A stretch of DNA of 61,659 nucleotides, the filler included. It is 6 parts of 6 records of this genome, joined end to end, with 100 filler letters (N's around TTAATTAATTAA, not from the genome) between each part and the next. Parts side by side here need not be neighbours in the genome. Positions count along the whole stretch, not along the records: positions 37,659 to 46,333 come from SRR31156797_10024; positions 46,434 to 56,534 come from SRR31156797_10029; 4 more parts are not named here. One strand, given 5' to 3'. The notes under the pieces are model-generated. The model did no database searches. It was not told the origin of the DNA and was given only the letters and a program-made list of their open reading frames with translations. Position 1 is the stretch's first letter; every line of letters starts with the position of its first letter. A program made the position numbers and the translations under genes. Below are positions 40,532 through 50,316 of the stretch, piece by piece.

Positions 40532-41614
40532 TCAATTTGGGATGATCCTGACGGCCTGTCCGGCTCTCAAACGTTCATTCCCCTTGATCACTACCTTCAT
40601 CTGCCTGGCAAGGCCCTGGGCAGATACCCCTGCCATGTCGTCCCTGTAGCCGGTAATGCGGATCGGCATCTGTACGGCCTTGGACCCTGAGACCGTAAAT
40701 ATCATCTGCTTGCCGTTTTTTGAGATAACCGCATCCCTGGGTACCAGCAGTCCATTGACTTTTTTGCCCACAGGAATATTAACCCTTGCTTCCATACCCT
40801 GAATCAGGCCGATCTTGTTTTTCAGTCTCAGTTTTATGGGAAAGGTGCGGGTGGCAATGTCACCTTTTGGCATGACCTGCATGAAACGGGCTGTTTCAAT
40901 TTTCCTGCCAAAGGAAACAGGCAAAAGCTCTCCTTTAACCAGGTATGGGAGCACCTCCTCGGGTACATCCACCAGCACATCCATTTCCCGGTTATCTGCA
41001 ATCACGGCAACAGTCCCCCCTTCCGGGACCCATTCCCCCTGCTCGCAGGATTTTTCAATGACAATACCGTCAAAAGGGGCTGCAATTATAGCCTTTTTCT
41101 TAACCAGCAGCATCCGATCCAATTCAGCTTTCAATGCTGACGATCTTTTAGCCAGCCTCTTTTTTTTAAAGAAATGATCATCCAGAACAACCTCTGATAT
41201 GGATTCGGTCTGGAACAGGGCATTGATACGCATAAAGTCTTTTTCTGCCTGTTCAAGGTCTGCCAGGCTCTGTTCATGGGTGGCCCGGGCACCGGCAATC
41301 AACGTGTTCTGCAGGTCTGTTTCAAGATGGACCAATTGCTGTTCGCACCGAATGGTATCGCCTTCTTCAAAGGAAATTCCCGTTACCAGCCCCTCAATTT
41401 GAGCTGCCACTCTTGAAATTCTCGAATAGTAAACCGTTCCCACATATTCTGTCCGGGGACCGCATTGTCCTTCAACCACATCGGCTACAACCACAGGTGA
41501 CGGGGGCCTATCTTTTTTTACAAGTACTGCTTTGTTTTTTTCCTCCTGAGCAATGCAAAGCTCCCGTGCAAAAAAAAGGACAAGGAGTAATATACTGATT
41601 TTGATATATCTCAT
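40532..41614 (-). CDS. RND periplasmic adaptor (membrane fusion protein)
   Basis: VAAQIEGLV..EGD, IAAPFDG..GEWV, TRTF, LVPRDAV and VVIKGNERL. Confidence 0.92.
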   Translation of the reverse strand: MRYIKISILLLVLFFARELCIAQEEKNKAVLVKKDRPPSPVVVADVVEGQCGPRTEYVGTVYYSRISRVAAQIEGLVTGISFEEGDTIRCEQQLVHLETDLQNTLIAGARATHEQSLADLEQAEKDFMRINALFQTESISEVVLDDHFFKKKRLAKRSSALKAELDRMLLVKKKAIIAAPFDGIVIEKSCEQGEWVPEGGTVAVIADNREMDVLVDVPEEVLPYLVKGELLPVSFGRKIETARFMQVMPKGDIATRTFPIKLRLKNKIGLIQGMEARVNIPVGKKVNGLLVPRDAVISKNGKQMIFTVSGSKAVQMPIRITGYRDDMAGVSAQGLARQMKVVIKGNERLRAGQAVRIIPN

Positions 41615-41806
41615 AGATGTTTCCTATGTTTCTGTGTAACTGTTTTAAATAACATGGTTTTGTTTTAATTTTTCATGTCGATTTCCATAGTTGGAACTAG
41701 AAATAGCATTTTGGGTGAAATTAAAGATAATCGTATTGGTGATAGTAACAAAACCGATTGATTTGTTCTTATTCGAAATGAAAAAAAAGTTATTTAATAT
41801 GAACGA

Positions 41807-42892
41807 TCAGAAAAGTTTTTTTATATATTTTGTCGGGTTCATACCAAAGTAATCAGAAAAGGCTTTGGAAAAGGACGGAATACTGTTGTAGCCCACTTGA
41901 TAGGCCGCTTGAGTTACATTTAACCCCTCTTTTTCAAGTAGATATTTTGCATTTTCAAGACGGATCTGTCTTAGAAAGCCGAATGCAGTTGTGCCGTGTA
42001 TTTTTTTAAAACCAAGATTCAGGCGGGTGTGAGTGGTTCCGACAGCTTTTGCCAGATCAAACAACCCCGGCGGGTCTTCGAAATTACCGGTCAGAATATC
42101 CACAGCTTTTTGTACGCGATAACTGTCGTCTAAACTCAATTTTGGAGATTTGTCTTTTATGGTTTGCGTCGGGACAATCTGAGCGACCTTAAGCACAAGC
42201 AATTCCATAGCCTTGCTTTCTAAATACAATTGCCTCATTGCCCCTGAGTAGCTGCAATTTAGAATTTGATGAATGGCACCGAGCATTGCTTTTGAAATTC
42301 TGGCTGTATGAAAATAACTTGTCTGCCCGGAGCCTGCAAGAATCTCTCTCAGCGCATATGGGCCAATATCAAATTGCCCGTTGAAATAGTTTAAAAGTAC
42401 TGATGGACTGATGTTAATACTGAACTGTCGAAGACGATGGTTTGCTTTAAACTGTATTTTCCCTTCAATTTCAGGCGAAAAATAGACATAACTGTGATGA
42501 ACCAATCCATCATCAAAACTTCGTTTTAATCGTGTATCCAAAAAATTATAATCAACATTTCCGTTACCGGAAAGAAAATAGGCAAACTTTAAACAATCGT
42601 ATTTTGTATCGACATGGAAATAGACGTCTTCTTTGTGTATCATATCCTGGAGAGATAGAATCAACCCCGGTTTAAGTTTGCAGATCCAACTCTGATTGCT
42701 AACTTCTCCGCACTGATGTTGTATATTAAATTCAAATGCAGGCCCCTCTTTAGGTGGATCTGATTTAGCGGTAGTTGCCCAAATGAATTCTTCTGAACTT
42801 CTAGCTATTATTGAATTATTCATGATAGATGACTCATATATAAAAGACCTGGAAAGGTTAAGGACAGGAACTTCCTTTTTTGTGTTCATCAC
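41807..42892 (-). CDS. AraC family regulator (PchR-like); start uncertain
   Basis: LYLESKAMELL; PPGLFDLAKAVG..L..GFKKIHGTT; NVTQAAYQVGY..FSKAF..FG. Confidence 0.88.
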   Translation of the reverse strand: MMNTKKEVPVLNLSRSFIYESSIMNNSIIARSSEEFIWATTAKSDPPKEGPAFEFNIQHQCGEVSNQSWICKLKPGLILSLQDMIHKEDVYFHVDTKYDCLKFAYFLSGNGNVDYNFLDTRLKRSFDDGLVHHSYVYFSPEIEGKIQFKANHRLRQFSINISPSVLLNYFNGQFDIGPYALREILAGSGQTSYFHTARISKAMLGAIHQILNCSYSGAMRQLYLESKAMELLVLKVAQIVPTQTIKDKSPKLSLDDSYRVQKAVDILTGNFEDPPGLFDLAKAVGTTHTRLNLGFKKIHGTTAFGFLRQIRLENAKYLLEKEGLNVTQAAYQVGYNSIPSFSKAFSDYFGMNPTKYIKKLF

Positions 42893-42935
42893 AAATAACC
42901 GACTCGGCCGGGTCCTTTGGATTGTTGAAGCTTTT

Positions 42936-43457
42936 TTATTTATTAGGTCCCAGTTTTTTTAGATCGTTATTGTACATGGCCACTAACAACAACTCACCCT
43001 TGTTGTCCACCCGAAACTGCCCGTAACGTGCCGGTTCATAATACTTGCCATGACCTTCCTGAAAGAAATAGGCATTGGTGGCAAATTTCACTGCACCGTT
43101 ACGAACACGGTAACGCATGAGAATTTCTTTTTCCGACAGTGCCTGTCCATTATAAAGGCTTTTGAAGGTACCGATATTTTTTTCATCCAGCTTTATTACC
43201 GCGTAACCGTCTGATGTGCTCACGTTATGGCGCCACTGCTTTCGGTCTTTTGATTTAGGCAGGGCATTATATACTTCATTGGATAAACGAAAACGCAGGG
43301 CCATGTAGTCTCCTTGCATTAATGAACGTGGGTCCACGGGTGCGAGATCAAGATATACAATTTTGCCTTCTGCCAAATGTTTTTCCTTGCCCCAAATAGA
43401 CCAGTTCACCAGACCCAGAATAATCACAAGGGAAACAAGAGCAATTTTTTTAAGCAT
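42936..43457 (-). CDS. GDYXXLXY domain protein
   Basis: LAPVDPRSLMQGDYMALRF and YFFQEG signatures. Confidence 0.92.
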   Translation of the reverse strand: MLKKIALVSLVIILGLVNWSIWGKEKHLAEGKIVYLDLAPVDPRSLMQGDYMALRFRLSNEVYNALPKSKDRKQWRHNVSTSDGYAVIKLDEKNIGTFKSLYNGQALSEKEILMRYRVRNGAVKFATNAYFFQEGHGKYYEPARYGQFRVDNKGELLLVAMYNNDLKKLGPNK

Positions 43458-44520
43458 GCTGTTCCTCCTTTTTTACAGGCAAAATATGTAACATTAACCA
43501 GCGGATAAAGAGCAGGGCCAAGCCAACTATAAATAAAGACTGGGACTTATCAAGCAATGTTGCGTCAAGCAGGTAATAGTAGGAAGATATATAAAAAAGG
43601 AGAGATGTTATGCCTAAACCAAGAAGTACACGATTCGAGCCGGAGAAACCCAGCAACATTATCACCATACCTACGGTGATGCCCTGGACCCTCATGGATA
43701 CGGCACATAAAAGTAAGGCGCCTGATAAGGCAGCTATCGAGAGGCGTGCGAAAATGGTCTGGTTATATCGTTGCAATAAATGCCAGACAACGTAAAGTGT
43801 AACCGCACCTGTAAATAATTCGCCAAGCCAGGTCTTGGCCCATAACTCTGATTGATCTAGTAACAAACGCCATCCCATTGTCCTGTAACCAAACAACGCA
43901 GTACATTTAAGCTGAATAAGCGCCAGGACCAGGCCGTAACCAATAGCCCTTATTTTTCTCATGTGTTGTAGATAGTGAAACTCATTGAGCCAGCACATTG
44001 CGGCGAGCAGCATGACAGTGCCGCTTCCGGCATAATGCCAACCCATTATAGTCAGGGACATAGAAAAGGCGAATGCAGCAAAAAAAGAAGAAAAGACCCG
44101 ATGAACAAAATTCGGCATGATCACGGCAAGTGACACTTGCAGCAAAGCCACCAGCATCCAGGCAAATTTTTCATTATGGTTAGAGATTTTGAATATGGCA
44201 AACACAACTAAAGCTTGCCCAGCCACGCTTACGGCCAACGCCAGGTGTTCAACAAACTCATTTTTCGGAATGCGCAAGATGGCAAAAGCCCCACCGATCA
44301 TAATACCGCCAATAATAGAGGCCGCGGTATTGTTTTTGAAAACAACCCCAAAACCCATTCCGATAAAACCAAGGAGGAACACAGCAGCAAGCCATCCGGA
44401 AAAAGCCAGCAAAACTTTCACATACCAGGGTGATTCCGGCTTTCCTGTTTCAGGTGCTGCCTCCTTGATTAAACCAGCTTGGCGCAAAGTCTCCCACATT
44501 TGTTCGGTTTGTCTGTTCAT
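43450..44520 (-). CDS. DUF4401 membrane protein
   Basis: PWYVK.L..FSGWLA and YYY.LDATLLDKS; overlaps both neighbours. Confidence 0.85.
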   Translation of the reverse strand: MNRQTEQMWETLRQAGLIKEAAPETGKPESPWYVKVLLAFSGWLAAVFLLGFIGMGFGVVFKNNTAASIIGGIMIGGAFAILRIPKNEFVEHLALAVSVAGQALVVFAIFKISNHNEKFAWMLVALLQVSLAVIMPNFVHRVFSSFFAAFAFSMSLTIMGWHYAGSGTVMLLAAMCWLNEFHYLQHMRKIRAIGYGLVLALIQLKCTALFGYRTMGWRLLLDQSELWAKTWLGELFTGAVTLYVVWHLLQRYNQTIFARLSIAALSGALLLCAVSMRVQGITVGMVIMLLGFSGSNRVLLGLGITSLLFYISSYYYLLDATLLDKSQSLFIVGLALLFIRWLMLHILPVKKEEQHA

Positions 44521-45488
44521 AACTGGCCCTCCTGATGAATGTTTTTAAGCCAAAAAGTCGCTCCAGCACCCATGCCAATAACCACCAGGGCGATAAAAAG
44601 GAATCCACCCGCGTGATCACCTTTCAACATGTGCTTGCCCAGGAATGAGACAACCACCGTTATTACTGACAGGCAACAACCGGCAAGCATGAAGAGATCC
44701 GGTTTTGTCTTTCGATAGATAAAATACATTGATGCCAACCAGATTACCCATGCCAGTTCAGGTAAAAAACTGCCATCATTTCTATCAAAAATAGTGTGTA
44801 AAACCAACCAGGTCAGGGACACTCCGCTGCCTACCGCGAGAAAACGGATGGCCCAACGTTCTGATAACCAACGCCGGCTTTTCTCCAAAAATTCCCAGGC
44901 GGCAAGGAGGATGGTATTAAAGATGAAAATCAGCCACAACATCCCAGTTTCGGAACCAAACATGAACCAGAATATCCCTCGGAAAGTTTGGTGGTAGAGG
45001 ACAATGGAGGTATTCATTAATACAACCCAGAAGATCCAGATGGCTGGGAAGCGTCCAATGATCGCCCAGGGCAGCATTAACAGTGCCCAGTTGAAAAACA
45101 ATTGCCAGGGATCCGCGCCGGTCTGGTATGTCTGACCATATAATGCCATTAAAACGCCAAGACAGATTGTTGCAACAAGTAACGATACTTTGCTTGCGGT
45201 TGAGTGGTCACCAAATCTGCAGTAGGCGACAATGGCTAAAATAATAAACCCTTCCATCATCCCGAATTTGCCGAAACGACCAATATCGCTCCAGTTATAT
45301 GCAATAAAGAACAAGACGGCGGAAGCCAGAGCCAAACCTCCGAGCCATAATAGGAGATTGTTAATAAAAGCACTCCATGACTTGCCATCGGGTGCAATTT
45401 TCGTTGCTTTGAGAGCATCACCGATCTTTTCTTGTGGAATGGCTCCTTGCTCAATAAGTTCAATTAACTGACTGCGCGTTGTGATCAT
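44517..45488 (-). CDS. DUF2157 membrane protein
   Basis: FFIAYNW..K and GQTYQTGADPWQLFFNWA signatures. Confidence 0.9.
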   Translation of the reverse strand: MITTRSQLIELIEQGAIPQEKIGDALKATKIAPDGKSWSAFINNLLLWLGGLALASAVLFFIAYNWSDIGRFGKFGMMEGFIILAIVAYCRFGDHSTASKVSLLVATICLGVLMALYGQTYQTGADPWQLFFNWALLMLPWAIIGRFPAIWIFWVVLMNTSIVLYHQTFRGIFWFMFGSETGMLWLIFIFNTILLAAWEFLEKSRRWLSERWAIRFLAVGSGVSLTWLVLHTIFDRNDGSFLPELAWVIWLASMYFIYRKTKPDLFMLAGCCLSVITVVVSFLGKHMLKGDHAGGFLFIALVVIGMGAGATFWLKNIHQEGQL

Positions 45489-45524
45489 AGCTGATTCCTA
45501 AAGTGAAAATTTGTTTTCTTTGAA

Positions 45525-45656
45525 TATTAACTATTGAGCTGAGGGGACGGACGTTTTAACCTGGAGCTTTCAGATAAAAATTTTCAGTTTCTTAAACCAT
45601 ATATTTCCGAAAAAGTGGACAGTACGCCCGGTCCCACTCCAGCGACGAGGTCGCAT
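45525..45656 (-). mobile_element. Integron attC-like recombination site (about 132 nt, one core box degenerate)
   Basis: Plus strand TATTAAC-TATTGA-GCTGAG-GGG-ACGG...CCGGT-CCC-A-CTC-C-AGC-GACGAG-GTCGCAT: imperfect inverted repeat with single unpaired bases placed as in VCR-type attC. GTTAATA on the minus strand is 36 nt before the DUF2157 ATG. Confidence 0.65.
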
Positions 45657-45667
45657 GATGTTAAAAA

Positions 45668-45820
45668 CTAACTTTGTTGGTTTTTAAGCTTTTCCATTTC
45701 CTTTCTAAAATCAATGTACTCCCAAAAATGAGTTGATGCATTGTAACGGCCGTAATGAGAACCGCCTAAAGAACCTTGATCATCTTGATTTATATTTCCA
45801 TTTTCATTTTTCCAAATCAA
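45668..45820 (-). pseudogene. Possible C-terminal remnant of a cassette gene
   Basis: LIWKNENGNINQDDQGSLGGSHYGRYNASTHFWEYIDFRKEMEKLKNQQS* ends 11 nt before the attC-like site; no convincing start. Confidence 0.4.
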
Positions 45821-46118
45821 AATGGCCTTTCTGCTTGAAAATCAGAATGATTTGGCCAATTCATCCGGTTATTACAGAAACAACAACAAGATAAAATACA
45901 GATCAATCTTGATCCTTTTCGTATCATCCACCTGGATGAATGTCTATCAGGAAAATCCTTATTTTTTGATGTTTTGGGGGAAATCCATTCATGACGATTC
46001 ATTTTTTTTGCAAACGATACTTTTACTGTTAATGTTTTTGTATCGTCTCCCGAATTTACGAATTAACAAAAAGACTCAAGAACAGACTTGATCCTTTATT
46101 GATACAAAAACAGTTCCC

Positions 46119-46148
46119 TTGACTAAATTTGAAGATCTGAGTTATATT
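46119..46148 (+). promoter_or_regulatory. Sigma70-type promoter
   Basis: TTGACT-N18-TATATT upstream of the rubredoxin-like start. Confidence 0.55.
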
Positions 46149-46303
46149 TAATTCGTTGAATCGCCTTCGTTCTTATGTGGCGGTTATTTTCTTTCGTACT
46201 TTCCTCGATGGGAAATGGTACGGTTCATGTCTTCTATACACTGGGCTTTGATATAGCCCGTTTTGGTAATTTCAATTAATTACTTAGAAAAAGGAGAGTT
46301 AAA

Positions 46304-46333
46304 ATGGCTGACCCGAAAGATATGTATCAATGT
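46304..46333 (+). CDS. 5' end of a rubredoxin-like protein (truncated by the contig end)
   Basis: AAGGAG RBS, then MADPKDMYQC, resembling the N-terminus of deltaproteobacterial rubredoxin-like proteins; only 10 codons visible. Confidence 0.6.
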
Positions 46334-46433
46334 NNNNNNNNNNNNNNNNNNNNNNNNNNNNNNNNNNNNNNNNNNNNTTAATTAATTAANNNNNNNNNNN
46401 NNNNNNNNNNNNNNNNNNNNNNNNNNNNNNNNN
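46334..46433. other. Artificial contig linker
   Basis: N44-TTAATTAATTAA-N44. Confidence 0.99.
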
Positions 46434-46463
46434 AAAGCGATTCAATATTGAATCGCTTTTTTT
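46434..46463. terminator. Bidirectional-type terminator
   Basis: Perfect palindrome AAAGCGATTCAAT-ATTGAATCGCTTT plus a T-run. Confidence 0.75.
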
Positions 46464-46481
46464 ATATCTAAGAGGCAAATG

Positions 46482-47891
46482 TTATTTCGTATTCTGCTCG
46501 ATAATCAAACCAATGGCTCTCTGGCAAGCCGGGCAGAATTCATCGTGGCGGGTAAACATGATACAGTTGGCAGCACTTCGGTACAATCCGGTAGCTTTAT
46601 ATTGAGCCCCTTCAAAAGCACCCACTTCACCGCTGTGTTTCATGTTGGAAAGTAGTTCGTTGTCCCAGCTACGCTTCTTGATAAAGAAGTCTTCCATTAC
46701 TTTCTCTTCTACCTTAGCTTTGCGCATTACCACACGCTTTTTCTGAACTTCGATACTGTGTTTGTCGTATTTTTCCTTTTCCCATGGTGTTGGAATAGGC
46801 GTTCCTGGTGTTACAATATCTTTCCATTTAATGGTTTCAGGATCGGTATTGGCAGTTACGTTCAATTCCCATGGTTCTAAATGTTCAGCATCCATTTCAT
46901 AAGCAGTTGCCGAAGTGTAATACTCATCAGCCAAATCGGCAAAATGGTGTCCAAATTCATGAACAAACAGGTATTCCTGGAAAGCATTGTCAACTGCAGC
47001 TGTAATGTACAGGTTGTAGATTCCGCCACCACCATAAATGGAGTCGTTCATTAAGATGGCTGTAAATTCGTAAGGAACCGCAGCTGCAGCATCGCGAATG
47101 GTTTTGTTATCGTATCCCAATGCGTAACGCTGAGAATCGAAAGCACCATAGGTAACCGATAGGGCAGAACGAGTGTGAATGTCCTGATGAGGATGATTTA
47201 CACCAGAATCAGGCGATGGTGTTTCAACAGCTCTGATTGAGAATTTATCTTTAAAAGAAGCATAAGGTTCTGTATTTAAAAGAACTTCAGCAAAGCGCTT
47301 AGCATCCTTCTTAAATTTCCCCATATCTTCTTTAGCATAACCTTCACCCAAAACTACAATGTCAACTTGTTTTTCAGGTTTTCCATTTACCACAATATCA
47401 ATTGTATTGTAATGATCTTTTACAGGATTGATAAAGGCACGATGATGCTTAGGGTTTACTTTGTAAGTCCAAACTGGATCGAAACCATTTTTGATGTTAC
47501 GTTTCGAGATGGTCACATCAACCTCTTTTTTAGGCCATGGAAAACGTAGGGATTCATGAAAACTACCCCATTCTTTTTCAGCCTCAGGAGTGGTTTCCCA
47601 TTCTCCGTAAATGCTTGAATATCCTCTTGAATAAAGCAGTTTCCCACTTGCAGCATCTTTTACTTCAAAGAAGTACTTTCCCAATCTCAATTCATCAATT
47701 AAAACGGTTTTACTTCCAGCCCACTCTCCATCGTTAACCATTTGGTCGAACGCAAAATGTTCTTCATTTGCTGTTCCCACATGATTGTAATCCAATCGCA
47801 TGGTAGCATTGGTAAAGTAATCGGCATATTGTGCATTAGCTAAAAGGGAAATGCCCGTTAGCAGTATAGCAAACATAAAAATTTTCTTCAT
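46482..47891 (-). CDS. Peptidase M64 family (IgA peptidase-like) with N-terminal domain
   Basis: Signal peptide MKKIFMF; DIVVLGEGY, YGGGG, HEFGHHFADLADEY zincin motif, CIM and FCPACQ. Confidence 0.9.
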   Translation of the reverse strand: MKKIFMFAILLTGISLLANAQYADYFTNATMRLDYNHVGTANEEHFAFDQMVNDGEWAGSKTVLIDELRLGKYFFEVKDAASGKLLYSRGYSSIYGEWETTPEAEKEWGSFHESLRFPWPKKEVDVTISKRNIKNGFDPVWTYKVNPKHHRAFINPVKDHYNTIDIVVNGKPEKQVDIVVLGEGYAKEDMGKFKKDAKRFAEVLLNTEPYASFKDKFSIRAVETPSPDSGVNHPHQDIHTRSALSVTYGAFDSQRYALGYDNKTIRDAAAAVPYEFTAILMNDSIYGGGGIYNLYITAAVDNAFQEYLFVHEFGHHFADLADEYYTSATAYEMDAEHLEPWELNVTANTDPETIKWKDIVTPGTPIPTPWEKEKYDKHSIEVQKKRVVMRKAKVEEKVMEDFFIKKRSWDNELLSNMKHSGEVGAFEGAQYKATGLYRSAANCIMFTRHDEFCPACQRAIGLIIEQNTK

Positions 47892-48078
47892 AGTATTGGT
47901 GTTTTTTGTCGTGTTGTTTTGGCTGTACAAGATAAGGAATATCTCTTGTTCGAAAGATGTTTAATGTCATATCCTAAATCAGATTCTTTCAAAAAAAGCA
48001 GTCGTCTTTTTGATTTATTCCGTTCAGCTTCCAATAATTTCTTTTAATTTAGATTTTCGCAAATTAAAGACTCTTTTT

Positions 48079-48780
48079 ATGATAGGAACATTGGTAAATG
48101 TGGCAGCAATTCTTGTGGGAGGAAGCGTGGGTTTGATATTTCGTTCAAAAATTCCGGAAAGATTGTTTACAATCGTATTTCAAGCTATTGGGATTTTTAC
48201 TCTTTATCTGGGGATAAGTATGGCGTTGGAAGCCAGTGAACTCCTGATCATGATTTTTAGTCTGGTGGTAGGAGCGCTTATTGGAGAATATCTTCAACTG
48301 GAAGAGCGAATTGAGAAATTGAGCGAAAAACTAAAGAAAAGAGTGGGGAATAATGATGCTAATTTTTCTACAGGATTGCTCACTGCCTTCATGTTGTTTT
48401 GTATGGGCGCGATGACGATTTTGGGAAGTTTTGAAGAGGGAATGGGCAAAGAACCGACCTTACTTTTTACCAAATCTCTAATGGATGGTATTTCCTCGGT
48501 TGCCCTGGCAGCAGTATTGGGAATTGGTGTGTTGTTCTCGGTTGTGCCTCTATTAATTTATCAGGGAGGACTCACTTTATTGGCGGCATTATTTGGAGAG
48601 ATCATTCCGGAATTCATTATTGATGAGATCACTGGAATTGGAGGCGTGTTGATTATTGGTCTTGGTCTGAGTATTTTAGAAATAAAAAAGATAAAGGTTT
48701 TAAATATGCTTCCGGCTTTGCTGGTTGAGATACTTTTGTGCTATGTATTGCTTCAATTGGGCTACTTGACGATTGTTTAA
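48079..48780 (+). CDS. DUF554 (YdfK-like) membrane protein
   Basis: MIGTLVN..AI..GG, LFCMGAMTILGS, KSLMDG and YQGG. Confidence 0.88.
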   Translation: MIGTLVNVAAILVGGSVGLIFRSKIPERLFTIVFQAIGIFTLYLGISMALEASELLIMIFSLVVGALIGEYLQLEERIEKLSEKLKKRVGNNDANFSTGLLTAFMLFCMGAMTILGSFEEGMGKEPTLLFTKSLMDGISSVALAAVLGIGVLFSVVPLLIYQGGLTLLAALFGEIIPEFIIDEITGIGGVLIIGLGLSILEIKKIKVLNMLPALLVEILLCYVLLQLGYLTIV

Positions 48781-48874
48781 TTGTAAGCTAGGAGTAAAAT
48801 GCCATTAGGTACTATATATTTTTGTAAATTTGTACGTCCGAAAATTATCCGGGAATTCATAAATTGAAATTAGA

Positions 48875-50314
48875 TTGAAAAAAGAGACTAAAAACGCCCT
48901 TATCCGCTTGTACGAAAATTGGGCAGACGATAAAGTTATAGATACAGAAGATTTGCCACAATCGGGTTCATACCGAGAGTACATTCGTATTATTGGCGAG
49001 AAAAGAACGGTTCTTGGAGCCTACAATGCAGATAAAAAAGAGAATCATGCATTTGTAAGTTTCAGCAAGCATTTTGCTTCTAAAAAATTGCCTGTTCCGG
49101 AGATCTATCATCAGGACGATGAGCAGAATATGTACTTGCTTCAGGATTTAGGAAAGACTACTTTATTTGATTACATCCTTCACCTAAGAGTGGGAGAGGG
49201 TTTTGCTACCGATTTGGTTGTGATCTACAAAAAGATCATTACGCAGCTGGTGCGCTTTCAGGTTGAGGGTAAAGAAGGATTGGATTATTCGGCATGTTAT
49301 CCAAGAGATAGTTTCGATAAGCAATCAATGATTTGGGACTTGCACTATTTCAAATATTATTTTCTGAAACTGGCAAAAATTCCTTTCGATGAGCAACTGC
49401 TGGAGAATGATTTTCAGAAATTTTCAGACTACCTGTTGGATGCACCTCGTGATTACTTTTTGTATCGCGATTTTCAGTCCCGTAACGTAATGTTGGTAAA
49501 TGGAGAACCTTGGTTCATCGATTATCAGGGAGGAAGAAAAGGAGCCCTACAATACGATTTGGCGTCTTTACTTTACGATGCTAAGGCAGATTTACCTCAA
49601 GAAGTACGTGATGAGTTGCTGGAACATTATCTTCAGGAGATTCAGAAAGTACAGGAAGTGGATGCAAAAGCCTTCCATTCCTTTTTCCAGGGATATGTTT
49701 TGATTCGTATTATGCAGGCAATGGGTGCTTATGGTTTCCGTGGATTTTATGAGAGAAAGGAACACTTCTTAAAGTCGATTCCTTTTGCGCTTCGCAATTT
49801 GGAAACCATTCTGAATCGTGTTGATATGCCGGTAGAATTACCGGAATTGACCAAAGCACTTCGCGAAGTAATTGGTTCGGAATTTTTACAGCAGGTAGGT
49901 AAAGAGGAAGAGGTGAAATTGCATGTGGAGATCAACAGTTTCTCGTATCGTAGGGGAATTCCATTAGATAAAACGACCAATGGAGGTGGATTTGTGTTCG
50001 ATTGCAGAGCCATTCACAATCCGGGAAGATACCAGGAATATGTAGAGATGACAGGGAAAGATCAACCCGTGATTGATTTCTTTAAGGAAAAAACGGAGAT
50101 GGATGAATTTTTAACATCCGTTTTCAGCATAGTTGATATGAGTGTGGACAAGTACATTAGCAGAAAGTTCCACAATTTACAGGTGAGTTTTGGTTGTACA
50201 GGAGGCAGACATCGTTCGGTGTTTTCTGCTGAAAGTTTGGCAAAACACTTACGAGAAAAATTCGATGTTAACATTACACTAAAACACATCGAGAGAGAAA
50301 TAGAAGGCAATTAA
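48875..50314 (+). CDS. AmgK-like anomeric sugar kinase fused to a RapZ C-terminal domain
   Basis: GSYREYIR, LQDLG, YRDFQSRN, IDYQG and YDLASLL; C-terminal SFSY..G, FVFDCRAIHNP and FGCTGGRHRS; TTG start; TAAATTTG promoter at 48825. Confidence 0.85.
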   Translation: MKKETKNALIRLYENWADDKVIDTEDLPQSGSYREYIRIIGEKRTVLGAYNADKKENHAFVSFSKHFASKKLPVPEIYHQDDEQNMYLLQDLGKTTLFDYILHLRVGEGFATDLVVIYKKIITQLVRFQVEGKEGLDYSACYPRDSFDKQSMIWDLHYFKYYFLKLAKIPFDEQLLENDFQKFSDYLLDAPRDYFLYRDFQSRNVMLVNGEPWFIDYQGGRKGALQYDLASLLYDAKADLPQEVRDELLEHYLQEIQKVQEVDAKAFHSFFQGYVLIRIMQAMGAYGFRGFYERKEHFLKSIPFALRNLETILNRVDMPVELPELTKALREVIGSEFLQQVGKEEEVKLHVEINSFSYRRGIPLDKTTNGGGFVFDCRAIHNPGRYQEYVEMTGKDQPVIDFFKEKTEMDEFLTSVFSIVDMSVDKYISRKFHNLQVSFGCTGGRHRSVFSAESLAKHLREKFDVNITLKHIEREIEGN

Positions 50315-50316
50315 GA

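Noticed and set aside
41720..41745. Fur-box-like GATAATCGTATT upstream of the RND adaptor
   Set aside because: Only a partial match in AT-rich DNA; not enough to call.
45817..46091. Overlapping short ORFs 45817-46002(-) and 45822-46091(+)
   Set aside because: No RBS or motifs; AT-rich intergenic sequence.
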